Below are positions 48,665-61,060 of a DNA stretch of 64,000 bases, piece after piece. The DNA is from Lama glama (taxonomy: Eukaryota): contig CM052817.1 of assembly GCA_028534125.1 (NCBI GenBank), positions 16,804,001-16,868,000 of the forward strand. The letters run 5' to 3'. The notes under the pieces were generated by a model. That model was not told the origin of the DNA, did not search any database, and saw only the letters and a list, made by a program, of their open reading frames with translations. How positions within the stretch are numbered: the stretch's first letter is position 1; each line of letters opens with the position of its first letter. The position numbers and the translations under genes are program-made.

Positions 48665-49289
48665 TCACTGGTTGACAGTCTGAGGCCTGGCTTAGTTTCT
48701 CAACAATGAGGCAAAGGACCCAGGTTCTAACTTCATACTCTGCCACCTGTGGGATGTCTTTTTATCCTCATGCCTGTCACCTCATGGTAGCAAGTTGGCT
48801 GCTGCAGCTCCAGACATAATGGCTACATTCAAAGGCAGAAAGCAGAGAGAGAGCCAGGGCAGTGAGAAAGAACTTCTACCTCCTTCTTCTCCTCCTCCTC
48901 CTCCCCTGCTTCCTCTCCCTCTTTTAATATTTTCTCAACAGACTTTCCCCTACATTGCATAGACCCTAACTAGGACGTTGGTGCACCCCTAGGTGCAAGG
49001 GAAGATGGTGAACGTACTTCCTAGTAAAGAAGGACGGGATTGCGTAACAGGCTGAGGTCAGTCACCCTCCCCACCTAGGACTCCACCTACTACCTGAAAA
49101 AAATCAAGGTTCTGTTTTCAGTGAGACATGGGGGAGGAGTGGCAGGAGTGGGGAACTCCGCTGAGAAAACAGTCCTCCGTCCAGCCGTTGGTCTTACTGC
49201 CTTTCTGGCGCCCAGGCAGATCCACTGGTATGAAACCTGGCTTTTCTGCCAAGCCTCCTTATCCAGGGCTCGCTGCAATCTCTGGAAAC

Positions 49290-49960
49290 GTGGGAAGGGA
49301 GGACCGAGAAACAGCCTCTGGCCTTCCCGCTGCTACGCGTGCTGGTGCCTTGTGCTCCCGCTCCCTGGCCTCCCCGCGGCCCTGGCTCCCAGGCTCCTAG
49401 GCTCCTGGCCAGGGGCCCTCTTTCCAGCCAGCCAAGGAGACGCATCTCTCCCCTCAGGCTCAGTCTGTCCACAGACACCCTGGGCCACGCAGCCAGAGTC
49501 CCTTTCAGAAAAGAAGCTCAGGCCTTAAAAAAATCAGTCCTGCCAGGGCCCTGCCTTCCCCTTCTGCCCGCACTGCTCACTGGCTGGCCTGCCTGTGTTA
49601 CGCAGGGAAAGCAAGGGGTTTAGGAAAGCGTTTTCCCTCCCACCAGCGCCCGGCTTTGCAAGGCTGCTCTCTTACTAAAGAGGGCAAGGGAGCCCAGCCC
49701 AGGAAGTGGGGGGAGGCCGCCCAGGCTTGCTTGGCTGCTGATTTCCCACCCCTGCCTCTCCACCATTGCTCCAAGGCCATGTCGCATGCGCGCGCGCGTG
49801 TATGTGTGTGTGTGTGTGTGTGGACAGAGGACAGACTGAGGGCTGGGGCTCTCCAGGAGTCAGCAGCCCCTCTCGAGCCGTGACCACCCAGTGCAAAAAG
49901 CCTGAACTCCATATTCCCAGGCGCACCTGTACCTCTCGGGGTATTTCTGAAGCTACCCTC
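49290..49960. promoter_or_regulatory. GC/CpG-rich promoter- or enhancer-like region
   Basis: ETS caggaagtg 49700-49708, NRF1-like cgcatgcgc 49783-49791, elevated CpG, no recognisable repeat. Confidence 0.45.
49783..49822. repeat. 40-bp alternating purine-pyrimidine (CG)n/(TG)n tract, Z-DNA prone
   Basis: cgcatgcgcgcgcgcgtgtatgtgtgtgtgtgtgtgtgtg. Confidence 0.9.
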
Positions 49961-50639
49961 TCCACCAGCAGCCAGTAGGAAAGAGAAAAGCAAAGACCTG
50001 GGCGTGTGAACTTTTCAGTCTCCCTCTGCTGCCATTTTCCTCCACGACTCCTCAGGGTCAGAAAGGTGGGAAAGGGATTTCCGCCTCCCTTAGGTCACCC
50101 CTCCTTCTCGACTCTGGCTAAGCCTTCATGATCCATGTGGTCACTGCTCTATTCCCAGGCCCAGCACAGTGCCTGGCACACAGCGGGTGCTCACCAAGTG
50201 CCTCTGGATGAGTGAGTACCTTTGCTCCCTTCCTGGACTCTGATCCTGGGGTGCCCTGCCCCTTCCCCCTCCCCACCCCCCAGCTCTCCCTGGTGAAGCC
50301 AACTTACCCTTCGGGCTCTAGCATACACTCACGCTTTCCAGGAAGCCCTCACGTCCCCCACCCACAGCAGTCAGAGTGACTTGGGGAGCCCCTTCTTTCT
50401 TCCTCGGGTTTCTCCCTCCTCCTCTGCTCTCTCTGGTTTGAAAGGATTTCATTCAGCTTTATGCTGCCCGTACAGCCTGCTCCCATTCTAGGTGTTTGTG
50501 ATGCGCTGACGGGAATGGGAGATGCTTTATTTTGCTTTGTATTTATTCCCCTACCTCCTACTTCCATCTCCAGTGGCTGGCACCATGCTTGGCACATAAT
50601 AAGTGCTTAAAGAATATTTGTTGAACTACTAATAATTGT

Positions 50640-50765
50640 TAGTATACTGTATGCATGTATATATACATTATGTCTTGTATATAATGTATATATGTAATAG
50701 TATATTTCACCTGTATGTATATTGTACATTGTATGTGTGTGTGTGTTATATATAGCATATATACT
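50640..50765. repeat. TA/TG-rich low-complexity tract
   Basis: tatatatacattatgt..tgtgtgtgtgttatatatagcatat. Confidence 0.75.
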
Positions 50766-51420
50766 AGTTCTAATGAGTGTTCCTCTATTCCAGGCACAGC
50801 TCTACATTCTTTGCATATTAACTCATTCCATCCTCCCAGCAGCCCTGAGGGTTGCCCGAGGCCATGCAGGTAGTACAGGAAAGAGCTGGGAATCTAGCGC
50901 TGGAGACTGCCTGGTTTTAAGAGTGCATTCTAAGAAAAGAATGTTGGCCATTTGGGCTCTGTAAATCCAGGAAGGCTTCTTGAAGGCAGAGGTAAATTCC
51001 TGGTTATCTAAAGGAAAGGAAAAAAATGTTTTCTTGGTAGGAATGGGCCGAGAAATGCCAGGAAGAGTAGGAGGTCCATGGGCAAAGCCATCTGCCCTTT
51101 TTCTGTTCCTCACTCATCGAGCTTTAAGTCAGCAAACTTGAAAGAGAAACTGCTTTATTTGGTTCCAGGGAAAAATGGTTCCAACGAACATTATCCTGAT
51201 AATGCTGACTGTACCAGGCATCGTCACTGCTGGAAAAGGCACCCCCGTCTCGGCATATCAGACCTTTAGTAAGAGCTCACGGTCAGTTATCAAGACACAT
51301 TACTTTCACCTAGGTATTCAGTGAATAGCAGAAACGCCATCCACTGAAGCTAAAGGGCTCCTTCTCCATCTGCATAATTCCCCTGCTGTCAGTCGGCGTG
51401 ACATGTGTGCACTGGGCCTC

Positions 51421-51440
51421 TCACCGCCATCTGGCAGCCT
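51421..51440 (-). promoter_or_regulatory. CTCF-like motif
   Basis: Minus strand AGGCTGCCAGATGGCGGTGA. Confidence 0.5.
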
Positions 51441-52300
51441 CTCTGAAATCACAGCTCCCCCTTCACCCCCCACCCTGCCCTCCATCAGCCCGGGGTCCTG
51501 AGCCAAGACTGTCGGTAAAGCAAGATCAGGACGTATGGATGCCTCGGCGATGACAGCCGTGATTTAGCAGCGTCAATTGCTTTCCGACGTTACCATAGCT
51601 CTTCCCGGCTTTGCCTCTGTGGCCGGCCAGTAGGACTGCAGGATGCGACAAGCAGAAATTGAATTTTCCACAGCACGCTCATTTGGGAGACTCTTTTTTC
51701 AGTTCTGTAGGCAGCTGCCTGGGAAGGGTCTAGCAGCTGCCACTGCCCTCCATGCACTACCCCAGCCAAGCCCCCCTCGGGTGGGGAAGTGGGGGCTGAC
51801 CCCACCCAGGAAGGGAGGCTTGGCTCTGGGGACAGACCGGGGGTAAGAGTGAACTCTTCTTTGATGCTACTGGAGGGGTGTCTGGTGTTCCCCCTTGAGT
51901 TTCCTGAGAAAGCTCAGAAGAACTTCCCATTTCGTTGACAATTTGGCCACACAAAGGCTCCCAAGGGGGTCATGGTGAGTGTGATCGCAGGAAAGACGCA
52001 TCAGCACCGACACTTGGCCAACATCAGCGTGCACACCGGCCGGTTTTCTAAATCCCTCAGATGAAGAATGTTCTCCCACAGCGAGGTCACACAAGACTCT
52101 GGAAGGAGGAGAGGCTTCCTTTGCAGCCTGCTTGATGCCAGCACAGCGGGCTGCTGTAAGGGCACGCAGGTGAGGGAGGGTGCCAGACAAGCCGGGTATT
52201 TGCTTTTCTGAGACCTTAAGTCCTCTTCCTCTACTTCACTCTGACACCTTTGACACGTGTATCACGCCCTGAGCGGGGGCTCCTGGGTTTGGGTGTGTGA

Positions 52301-52310
52301 GGGAATTTCC
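52301..52310 (+). promoter_or_regulatory. Canonical NF-kB site
   Basis: GGGAATTTCC fits GGGRNWYYCC. Confidence 0.4.
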
Positions 52311-52984
52311 TGGTGGCTGTGTCAAGACGTGTCTAATCTCCAGCGGTTCTGAGTAAGTTACTTTGAGGTGAACCCAGAAAAATGCATTTTCAACAAATGC
52401 CGCGCAGAGCTGTCATGTCGGTGGTTCTCAGCTGCAGTGTAAGGAATGTGGTCCCTACACGCAGTCCCGCCCTCCTGCACTGACCCGCTCCTGTAGGGCT
52501 ATGACAGGGGTGCTGACTGTGGGATGTTCCGTGCTTCTTCCTCTCCACCCCTTAGACAGCATGTCTGCTCCCAGGACGCATCCTCTGCAATCTACCACTT
52601 GGGCTGACCCTCACTGTCTTGTGTTCTCCCCACCAAGCATGGCTGGCTTCTCTCCTTGGCGGGCGCCCCCCACACCCCCCACCAGGTCATCTGCTGGGTC
52701 TCCACGTGGGCAGCAGTAAAAACGATGCCATTTTCCTCTTCATGTCCAAGGCTGCCTAGCATGGTGACAGGCTTTCTAAATATTCTTGAGCAAATGCAAA
52801 GCCTGCATATTAAGTACTTACCTAGCTTCAGGCCCTGGGCTAGCTGCTAATGGGAAGAAAGAAAGTAGACAAATAATTTTAAGCCAAACTGACAAGTGAT
52901 GCTTAAAGTATAAAGCATTGAACCCATTAGATCGGCAAAGACTGAAAAAAGGAAACCCCTCGGCTTTGCAGAGCTGAGGAGAAG

Positions 52985-53650
52985 CCCTGACAATGTGTGT
53001 AGGGTTGTAAATTGGCAGGACCACTCTGGAGGGCAATCCGGCCCCGTGTAACTAACAGCAAAATCTCTATTCCCCTTGATCCTAAAATTCTAGTTCTAGA
53101 AACTTTTCCTAAGTAGACAATAGAACAAAGACACACAACTGTTCATTCAGACTAGTCCCTAAACACCTATTGGGAACCTACCCACGCACAGGGCATGGAG
53201 GCGGGCACAGGGCATGTTAGCCCAACAGGCGGGGGGATGCCAGAGTGAGGATGAATCCAAGGAGAGTCACCTTTATAGGGTTTATCAGAGTGAAAGGCCG
53301 GCAGCAACCCAGAAGTCCATCCGGGGATGTCTGAGAGTACATTTTGACAGAGCCATGTAACAGAATTCTAAGCAGCCACTTAAAATGTCGCTCTGTATCT
53401 CTAGTCATTGGGGGAAGTTCTCAGTGACATCGTTGAGTGAAAAAAGGCAAACTGGGAACAGAAAAAGTCTCATTGTGTTGTGTGACACCCAAATGTCTTC
53501 ATGAGTATACACATGGAGAAAAGTGTCGAAAACTTCACTGTCAAATGTCAGAGTTGGTTCAGAGGATTTGTTTCTGGCTGATGGAGTGTTTGTGTTCTTC
53601 TTTCTACTGTCCTGTATTTAAGTTTTCTACAAGAGCATGTACACAGAAGG
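52985..53650 (+). mobile_element. Ancient L1 (L1ME-like) 3' fragments
   Basis: tgtaaattggca..cactctggagggcaat..ttctagttctagaaa..gttgagtgaaaaaaggca. Confidence 0.55.
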
Positions 53651-54409
53651 CAAATATTATCTTTGTAAACAGAATGAATGAATGAATGGGGAAAAAGCAA
53701 GAAAGCATCAAAGTTCCACAAGGAACTGAACTCCCAGGGAAGGCGAAACAGCCTTCACAGCAGACCTGGTGCCCCTCACCCTGGCCCCATGAGGAGCTGC
53801 GCTCCTTGTTTGGGGGGGGGGGCTGGGCTGGTGCAGGGCAAGGGATGTCCAGGGACCGTTTGTGCATCCGTGTGCCTGCTGCCCTCCTGCTGTGTCCTAA
53901 GGTGAAACACTCTCCCTACCGGGAAAGCCTCACGGGTCTCCTCTGATCCGACAGCTGTTGGACTCCATGACCTTTCTGGGCCTCTTCTGACTCAGAGGCT
54001 GAAGCTGCAGTCCGACAAGTAAAGTCATTCCAGGCCTGGTGTGGGGCTGGGAGGTGTTTCGCTGGCCCGGCCCTGGGCTGCTGCTGCTTAACTGCCGAGG
54101 CTCTGTTGAACTGGCCAACTGACGGGGCCCAGCTGAGGCAGTTAAATCTTCCCCAGCAACGCCCGTGCTGGCAGATTTATTCACATGGCTTGGGTCCCCT
54201 GCCCAAGACCACTTTTCCCCAAAGATATCCTTCCAAGCCTGACTCATGGCTAATAAACCCACACCCAAATGGATCTCACAGCTGTTCTGCAGATGCAATG
54301 CCAGACCCCTCATCAGAGCCACGCCGTTTGGACTTGCAATAACTAGGGGTGATTTTTCATCTAGGGCTTGTCATTGGCTTCAGAAACTGTTCTCATTTGG
54401 CAAAGCCGT

Positions 54410-54795
54410 TTTTTTAAACACTTAAATTTTTTAGAGCAGTTTTAGGTTTACAATGAAATTGAGATTTCCCACATTCCCCCTACCCCACACATGCATCACC
54501 TCCCCTGTTGTCAATCTCATTTATCAGAATGGTACACTTTTACCAAGGATAAACCTACATTGACAGCATAACCATCCAAAGTCCATAGTTTACTGAAGGG
54601 TTCGCTCTTGATGTTGTACATTCTTTAGATTTGGACAAATGTATAATTATATGTATCCATTATTACAATGTTATAGAGTATTTTCATTGCCCTAAAAATC
54701 CTCTGTACTCTGCTTACTCATCTCCCCCTATCCTTCCCAGATTCTCCCTGCCACCACTCCTGGCAACCATTGATTTTTTGTCTCCATACTTTTTA
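54410..54795 (-). mobile_element. L1MC-like 3' end
   Basis: tttagagcagttttaggtttaca..aaagtccatagtttac..ttggacaaatgtataat..tgccctaaaaatcctctgt..cctggcaacca. Confidence 0.9.
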
Positions 54796-55417
54796 GTAAA
54801 GACTTTTCAGTAGAGACAATAATATATCTTGGCAACATCATATCATGAGTTGGGAAAACTGGCTTTCTCCTACCACCAGATACACTGGCAGGAAAAAGAC
54901 TCCCTCTGTGTGTTAACATAGTTCAGTCAGGTCATGGCTGTATGATTTGCTCATGAGAAAGAAAAGAGGGCAGTGCATGTTTTCCTCCCCACAGCTTCCT
55001 TCCATCGGATTGAGGCACAACTACAAACAACATGGCCCAGATGCGAGACAGAACTGGAAATCAAACACCGTTGATCAACTCAGCACTAGGCGGTTGAGGA
55101 AAGAGAGGAGGAGTGGTTATTTGGAAGGAGGTATCTGGTGGTCCACGAGGACAAGAGCTGCAGACCACCTGGGCCAGTAATGATGCAGGTACTAGAACCA
55201 GGAGTCACAGTGGTGGTGGTAACAGTGATGGGAGAAGTGACAATGATGATGGCAAACATCTGTGTAGTGCCTTGCCCTTTACAAAGCGTGTTTCCATATA
55301 TAGACCCATTAGCTTCCGTTGAAAAGACAGGATTTCCCTTAGATGCATAACACCCAATGGTCATGCAGGATCCATTCATTCACTTGTTGACAAACACTAA
55401 GCACTTGGCTAGGTAAT

Positions 55418-55843
55418 TGCATTAACCAGGGAATAATCCAAAGAAGTAGAACTGATAAGATATTCATATATAAAGGGAGAGACTTATTTTAAGAAATCTT
55501 CCTCTGATTATGGAGGCTTGCAAGTACAAAATCTGCAGGGTGGACCAGCAGGCTAGAGACCCAGAAAGAGCTGATTCTGCAGTTCAGGTTCAAGGACCAT
55601 CTGACGGCAGAATTTCCTTTTGTTCAGGGAAGGTGAGTCTTTTGTTCTATTCAGGCCTTCAGCTGACTGGATGAGGCTCACCTGCATTATGGAAGACAAT
55701 CCACTTCACTCACTGTTAGCTGAGTTAAATGTTAATCTCACCCAAAAAACAACTCGCAGAAATATCTAATGTTTGACGAAATATCTGGGCACCATGGCCG
55801 AAGCAAGTTGACACAAAAAGTTGATGTAAAATTAAGTATCATA
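55418..55843 (-). mobile_element. MLT2C/D-like ERVL LTR inside an L2
   Basis: aaaatctgcaggg..cagcaggctagagacccag..ttaaatgttaatctca..aaatatctgggcaccatggcc..caagttgacaca. Confidence 0.85.
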
Positions 55844-56329
55844 GTAATGAAGGCACTGAGCTGAATAAGCCCAGCCCTCAAGAAGGTTATAGCTCATAGT
55901 AGAAGCAATAGTATGTGCTAGAAGAGTGGTACAAAATAGGAAGTGAGACACAGGTAACAGTGCTAGAAATCCAAATGTATTTCTTTTGACCGTGGGGAAG
56001 AGGTAAAGGAGCAAGGCGCTCACAGAACGCTTTCTGAAAGAGGAGAATTTGAAGTGAGATTCTTGAAGGATCCTGAAGAATTTGGATGGCTGCACAGAGA
56101 GGGAGGGTCATGGCACTAGGTAGATAGCAAATCATGAGCAAAGAAAGATTAGAATCTGTTCAGATTGTAGTTGTGTAGAGAATTAACAAGCATTATGGCA
56201 GTCAACTGAGTAAACAAAGTCTATTACATGCTGTTTGGAAGTGCTCTCTCTTGTCCCAGTCCACCTTCCTGTTCTCTGTGGTCTGACTGATTTCTTTGCA
56301 CAGTTATAGTTGACAATGAGTAAGGCAGG

Positions 56330-56545
56330 TTGTGGGAAGCCCCAGCACCCACTGAAGCCTACCCATGGCTTCTCTCTGGGGAACCCCTCACTCCCTCTCC
56401 AGTCCCCAGGCTGTTCTCTTCAGTTTGAACTCCACCCCTGGCTTTGAGGTGGACCATGTGACCCAGTCCTGAGCCAGTCAGAGCCGCACACTCTTGGGGC
56501 TAGAGTGATTGGTCAGGAGTGGACATGTGACACCACATGGCCAAT
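56330..56545 (+). mobile_element. LTR33-like fragment
   Basis: ccatgtgacccag..gccagtcagag..agtgattggtcagg..gacatgtgac. Confidence 0.55.
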
Positions 56546-56553
56546 TATTCTCT

Positions 56554-56643
56554 CTCTCTATTTTTAATGGGAGTCCTGGGGATTGAACCCAGGACCTCCT
56601 GCTTGCTAAGCATGCACTCTATCACTGAGCCATTATCCTTCCC
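56554..56643 (-). mobile_element. Camelid Vic-1 SINE
   Basis: Reverse complement gggaaggataatggctcagtgatagagtgcatgcttagcaagcaggaggtcctgggttcaatcccc. Confidence 0.9.
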
Positions 56644-56944
56644 ATAAAGGAAGGCAAGTGTGTAAAGAGCTGGCTTGGGTCTCCTTTCTCTCTCTCTCTC
56701 TTTTAAAAAAATGCAATTATACTCTTTTACTCTCACTGTGAATATGAGGTGACAGAAGCGGAGCTGACATCCTCATGGAGTCTGAGATCGAAGCCCACAC
56801 ATTGGTGGGCAGAGCACAGAAGGGAGGGAAGATGGGTCCTGGTACCTTCAAACACAGCCCGGAGAGCACTGAGGAGGCTACTGGGAGACGGTGTGAGCCT
56901 GAGGTCCACGTGCATCTGGTGATGATTAAAAACCCTGATAAGAA

Positions 56945-57175
56945 TATTAACAACAGTCATTTATTAAGCACTTGCTGTGAGCCAAATACTAACATCTTTT
57001 GTCTTATTTAGTTCTCTCCACCTCAAAAGGTAGTTACTGTTATCCCCCATTTTTATAGCTGTGATAGCCTCAAAGAATTTAAGAAACTTTCTCAAGGACC
57101 TCCCTCAAGAGGTAGCAGTAAAATCGAGTTTCAAACCCAGGTCTCCCTGATGTTGACCCCCAAGCTCTTGGCACC
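56945..57175 (-). mobile_element. MIR SINE
   Basis: catttattaagcactt..ttatcccccattttatag..ttcaaacccaggtct. Confidence 0.75.
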
Positions 57176-59304
57176 TCTGTGGTTCAGAAACATCTGAAGA
57201 TTTTTAAAAATTTCAGACATCCAAGCCAGCCCTTAGAGATTTAAATCGCTTGGTCTGGGATGGGTCCCAGACACTGATACGTTTTCAAAACTCCCAGGCA
57301 GCCTAGTCCTAATGGGCAGCCAGAAAGAACCATTGCAGGAGATCGTATAGAAGCAGTTCCTACTTCTGTTTAGTAATTTCAGCCACTTGCACAAAAGCAT
57401 GTGACCCCAAACTCCTGGCAACTCAGGGCAACCCTCAGCTTGACAAAACATCTCCATTTGGATTACATGATCCAGTCAGCCCCTGATTGACAGAACCACG
57501 ATCTGATCTAAAGGGTGCAAGTGAAGGAGAGAGGGTGAGCTAGGCGAGAAAAAGAGAATGCCCCTTGTTTTTTTTAAAATTTGGTCTGTCATTTTTAGAA
57601 AAGACTTTATAGGGCCCTAGGACTATAGCTTCATAGGACGATGAGTACAAACAGCAGCTGCAGTGGGAAGAACTCAGGGATGTTAGCCCCTGGCTTGCCA
57701 CAGCCATGATCTGTGTTCTGTTCCACTCCACTTAAGCACAAATGTCCCTGTGATGTGCAGGGCACAGTGTACACAGCTGGTCCCACCCACACACATACCG
57801 CAGCGAGGGCCAGGAGAGGGACTGGCCGAGACAGGGCACCGGCCTGCTCTTCATGGCCGGGGGTTATTTGGTTTTTGAGTTGGTAGGGCTGTGGGGGGCG
57901 AGGGAGCGGCTGGGGCTTGTCTGCTTCTATTCTGGGGTTGGCCAAATGTAATGATTCAGGACTTATTTTCTGAACATTCTTCTTGCTTAAAAAAAAATTA
58001 AAATGCCTGGACTGCAATTTTGCCTTTATGGCCTCTCCCATGAGATCAGCTTTTATTTCAAAAGTAAAACCCAGCACAAAGGGTAAGGAAGCTTGCAAAC
58101 CTTTTGAGGATGGCTGTATAGCAATGCTTCTGTGACTCATGCATTATCAGGAAAACGCCTTCTGCGCTTGTTCTAAAAAATCTCCAGATTCTTTCTGATT
58201 TTATGATCCTGTGATTCTCTCGTTTCTATCACAGTGCCTGCCACATAGTTAGTATCAAGCAAAAAAAAAAAATTTTTTTTTTTTGGAACAAGAGCAGAAA
58301 AGATGCTAATTGACCAACTAGACTCATTCCTTCTTCATCAGCAAGACACTGCAGGGACTTCGGTATTAGGAAATGTGACATGATTATCCAACTGTTTGGA
58401 TTTTGATGGAACATTTCCCCTTCAGGGGAAAATTTAAGGAAAAAATGCAAATACAAAACTATCCTGTTTGTTGTTAGTCTCTTAATGTGCATCTATAAAC
58501 AAACAAAAAACTTTAAGACTATATTCAGAGGGAAAAAATCAGAATAATAAGAGTAGCATTGGAGAGGATGGTATCTAAGAGGCAACAGAAAGATGTTTGG
58601 GACCGAGACCCAGCTCTTAAGACTTTCCTCTCAAACTGGTTGTTGTTCAACATTCTTTGGCTTCAACCAAAGATGAACCAGCCTATCTGTGCTGTATAGC
58701 CAGACCACATTTCTACTTCTTGTCCAAAAAGCTTTTGTGGATGCTTTTGATAAATATCTCACAAGATCAAGGTCCACCAGAGATTTAGCATTTCCCAAAT
58801 CTGTATTAACTCACCCTCAAAAGAGATGAAGTGGTTTAGCATGAACCCATGATAGTACCGGATGATCACTACTTTCTTCTACAAGTATGCCCAAGCCATC
58901 CAATGATTTTATAAAGAAAGGTTGTCACATCAGTCCGGACTTACTACAGTTCATCTTTTTTTCCTTAAAAAGTTCTTCCTTTAAAAAAGAGCTAGGAAAA
59001 CTCTCTCCAACCCTAGCTCTCTCCCATTGCTCCTTTATCTCTTGATTCCTCCGTGGACACTGACAGCGGTTCCCTGGCCATGTCAGCAAGTTGTTCAGTG
59101 TCCTGGGGTGCAATTTAGTTGACTCTTGGGATAGCACTAAAGTATCTCAGCATACTTTCCCTGGCCTCCTGGCCGTAAGGGTCTGTTCCCTCCTTTCTTG
59201 AACAACTGGTTGAAGGTGGGCCTCTCTGAAGAAGCTAGAAGCAAACTAAGTGTGGCTGTGGTCTGTCTGGGCCTCCACACCCACTCACATTCTGTATAAA
59301 CAGC

Positions 59305-59530
59305 AGCTCCATTTACTGAAGAACATGCTGTGGGTTCAACATTGTTCTGAGGGTTCTGCTCACAAGCTCACAAGTGATTCTTGCAAAAGTCCGATAAAAT
59401 AGGTCTAGCTATTAGCCCCCTTGTGTAGATGAGAAAACAGAAGCACAGAAAGGGTGAGTAATTTCTCTAAGGTCACACAGCGAAGTGGCAGAACTGGCCT
59501 TCATACCTATGCCCTGAACCACTGTGCCGC
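59305..59530 (-). mobile_element. MIR SINE
   Basis: agatgagaaaacagaagcacagaaaggg..aaggtcacacag. Confidence 0.8.
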
Positions 59531-59975
59531 ATTGCTTTGTCCATTCTCTGTCACTTTTTCTGAACTTCACTTTAAAGGCCCTTCATAATAGGACCGGATA
59601 TGGGAGATGAGTTTCAGTTATCTGGTCATATTTTTTGCATTAGGTGAGTAGTTTTTATTAAAGTCCATTTAGATGGCTCCAACACCACTGCTTGGCCCTG
59701 CTTTATGGGAACTTAGCCTTCCTCCCGCCAGCCTCCTGGTCTCCCCGCCTCCTGTGAGTACCTCCTGGTTAAAAGCCCCTCCCCACTTTGCCAGCCTCAG
59801 CTCATCACAGACGGAGCTGCTGCCCTTCTCCAGTCTTCACCAGGAACCAGTCAGGCTCCTTTCCTGCCTCCTTACTCATCCTCATCAGTCCTTTCAGGAG
59901 TCACAGGCCCAGACTCAGCCGATGGTAGAGACAGAAGTCTCTTCCCTGGAAGCATCATCTACAAGAACGACTTGG

Positions 59976-60315
59976 TGTTATGGGCTGAATCATGTCTCCC
60001 AAAATTCGTATGTCAAAGTCCTAACCGTCAGTACCTCAGAATGTGACCTGATCTGGAAGCAGGGTCATTGCGGATGCAATTAGTTAAGATGGTTACACTG
60101 CAGAAGTGTGGGCCCTAAATGACTGTGACGGGTATCCTTACAAGAAGAGGAAATCTGGACACAGACACACAGGGAGAACGGCCCTCAGAAGGAACCAACC
60201 AGCTGACGCCCTGATCTTGCATGTCTAGCTTCCAGAATTGGGAGACAGTAAGTTTCTGTTGTTAAGCTGCCTAGTTTGTGGTATGTGGTTACAGCAGCCC
60301 TAGCTAATGAAGACG
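59976..60315 (+). mobile_element. MLT1B MaLR LTR
   Basis: tgttatgggctgaat..cagtacctcagaatgtgacct..aagaagaggaaat..gttacagcagccctagc. Confidence 0.9.
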
Positions 60316-60783
60316 ATGGATCTCCAATAATAAAGAGGGAAGACGGCCCTCCCCATTAGGGAAATCCTCCTGCTCCCTACTAAGTGCCTGTCTCTCAGGA
60401 AGCCTTCACCGATCCCCTGACTGTGGTTACAGAAGAGAAGAGGCCAGGCCATGGTGTTAAGAGGCTGTTGCAAGGCTGTTGTGTTAGTCCATTTACTTGT
60501 AGTGCCTTCAGGTGGAAGGAATGTGAAGCTGGGAGGGAATTGGTCTCCATCCTGCCCCCACCCCAGTCCTGGTGAGTTACTCCTTTCTGACGAAAGCAGG
60601 ATCCCGCCCACGTGGTCCCCACCATCTCTGCACCACCAGCCATGTGCTTGGACCACAGTGCATTTCTGTCAGGTGGATGGATGCGTGCATGTGTGCACAG
60701 GGGGAAGAAAGAGCCAAGGAAGTAAAAAGATTTTTTGAAGGGAGGGTGGTAAAAGCGAGGAGAGTTCAACCATTTTTCTGAGG

Positions 60784-61060
60784 CGGATCCACAGTTTCTT
60801 ATCTGATACTCCTGCGACCAGATGTTTTCCATATTCGGAATTCTGGGGTCTTAAGAGAAGGGGCATGGGCCGTATGGGGCAGCATCCTGTCCAGAAACGC
60901 ACTGGTGTTTCTGCAGCAAAAATAGATGATTAGTCACTTAAAATGAGATAAATGAAGGTTAAAAAGAGCCCCGCAAGCTTCAAAGTCGGATTGTTTTTCC
61001 TACTTTAGGTCGCCTGCGGTTTGGGGGTTGGGGATAACGTTAACGGAGTGTGGCTCTGTA
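60784..61060 (+). mobile_element. MER46C (TcMar-Tigger)
   Basis: ggatccacag..cttatctga..ccagatgt..ggggcagca..tttctgcagcaaaa..gtggctctgta. Confidence 0.7.
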
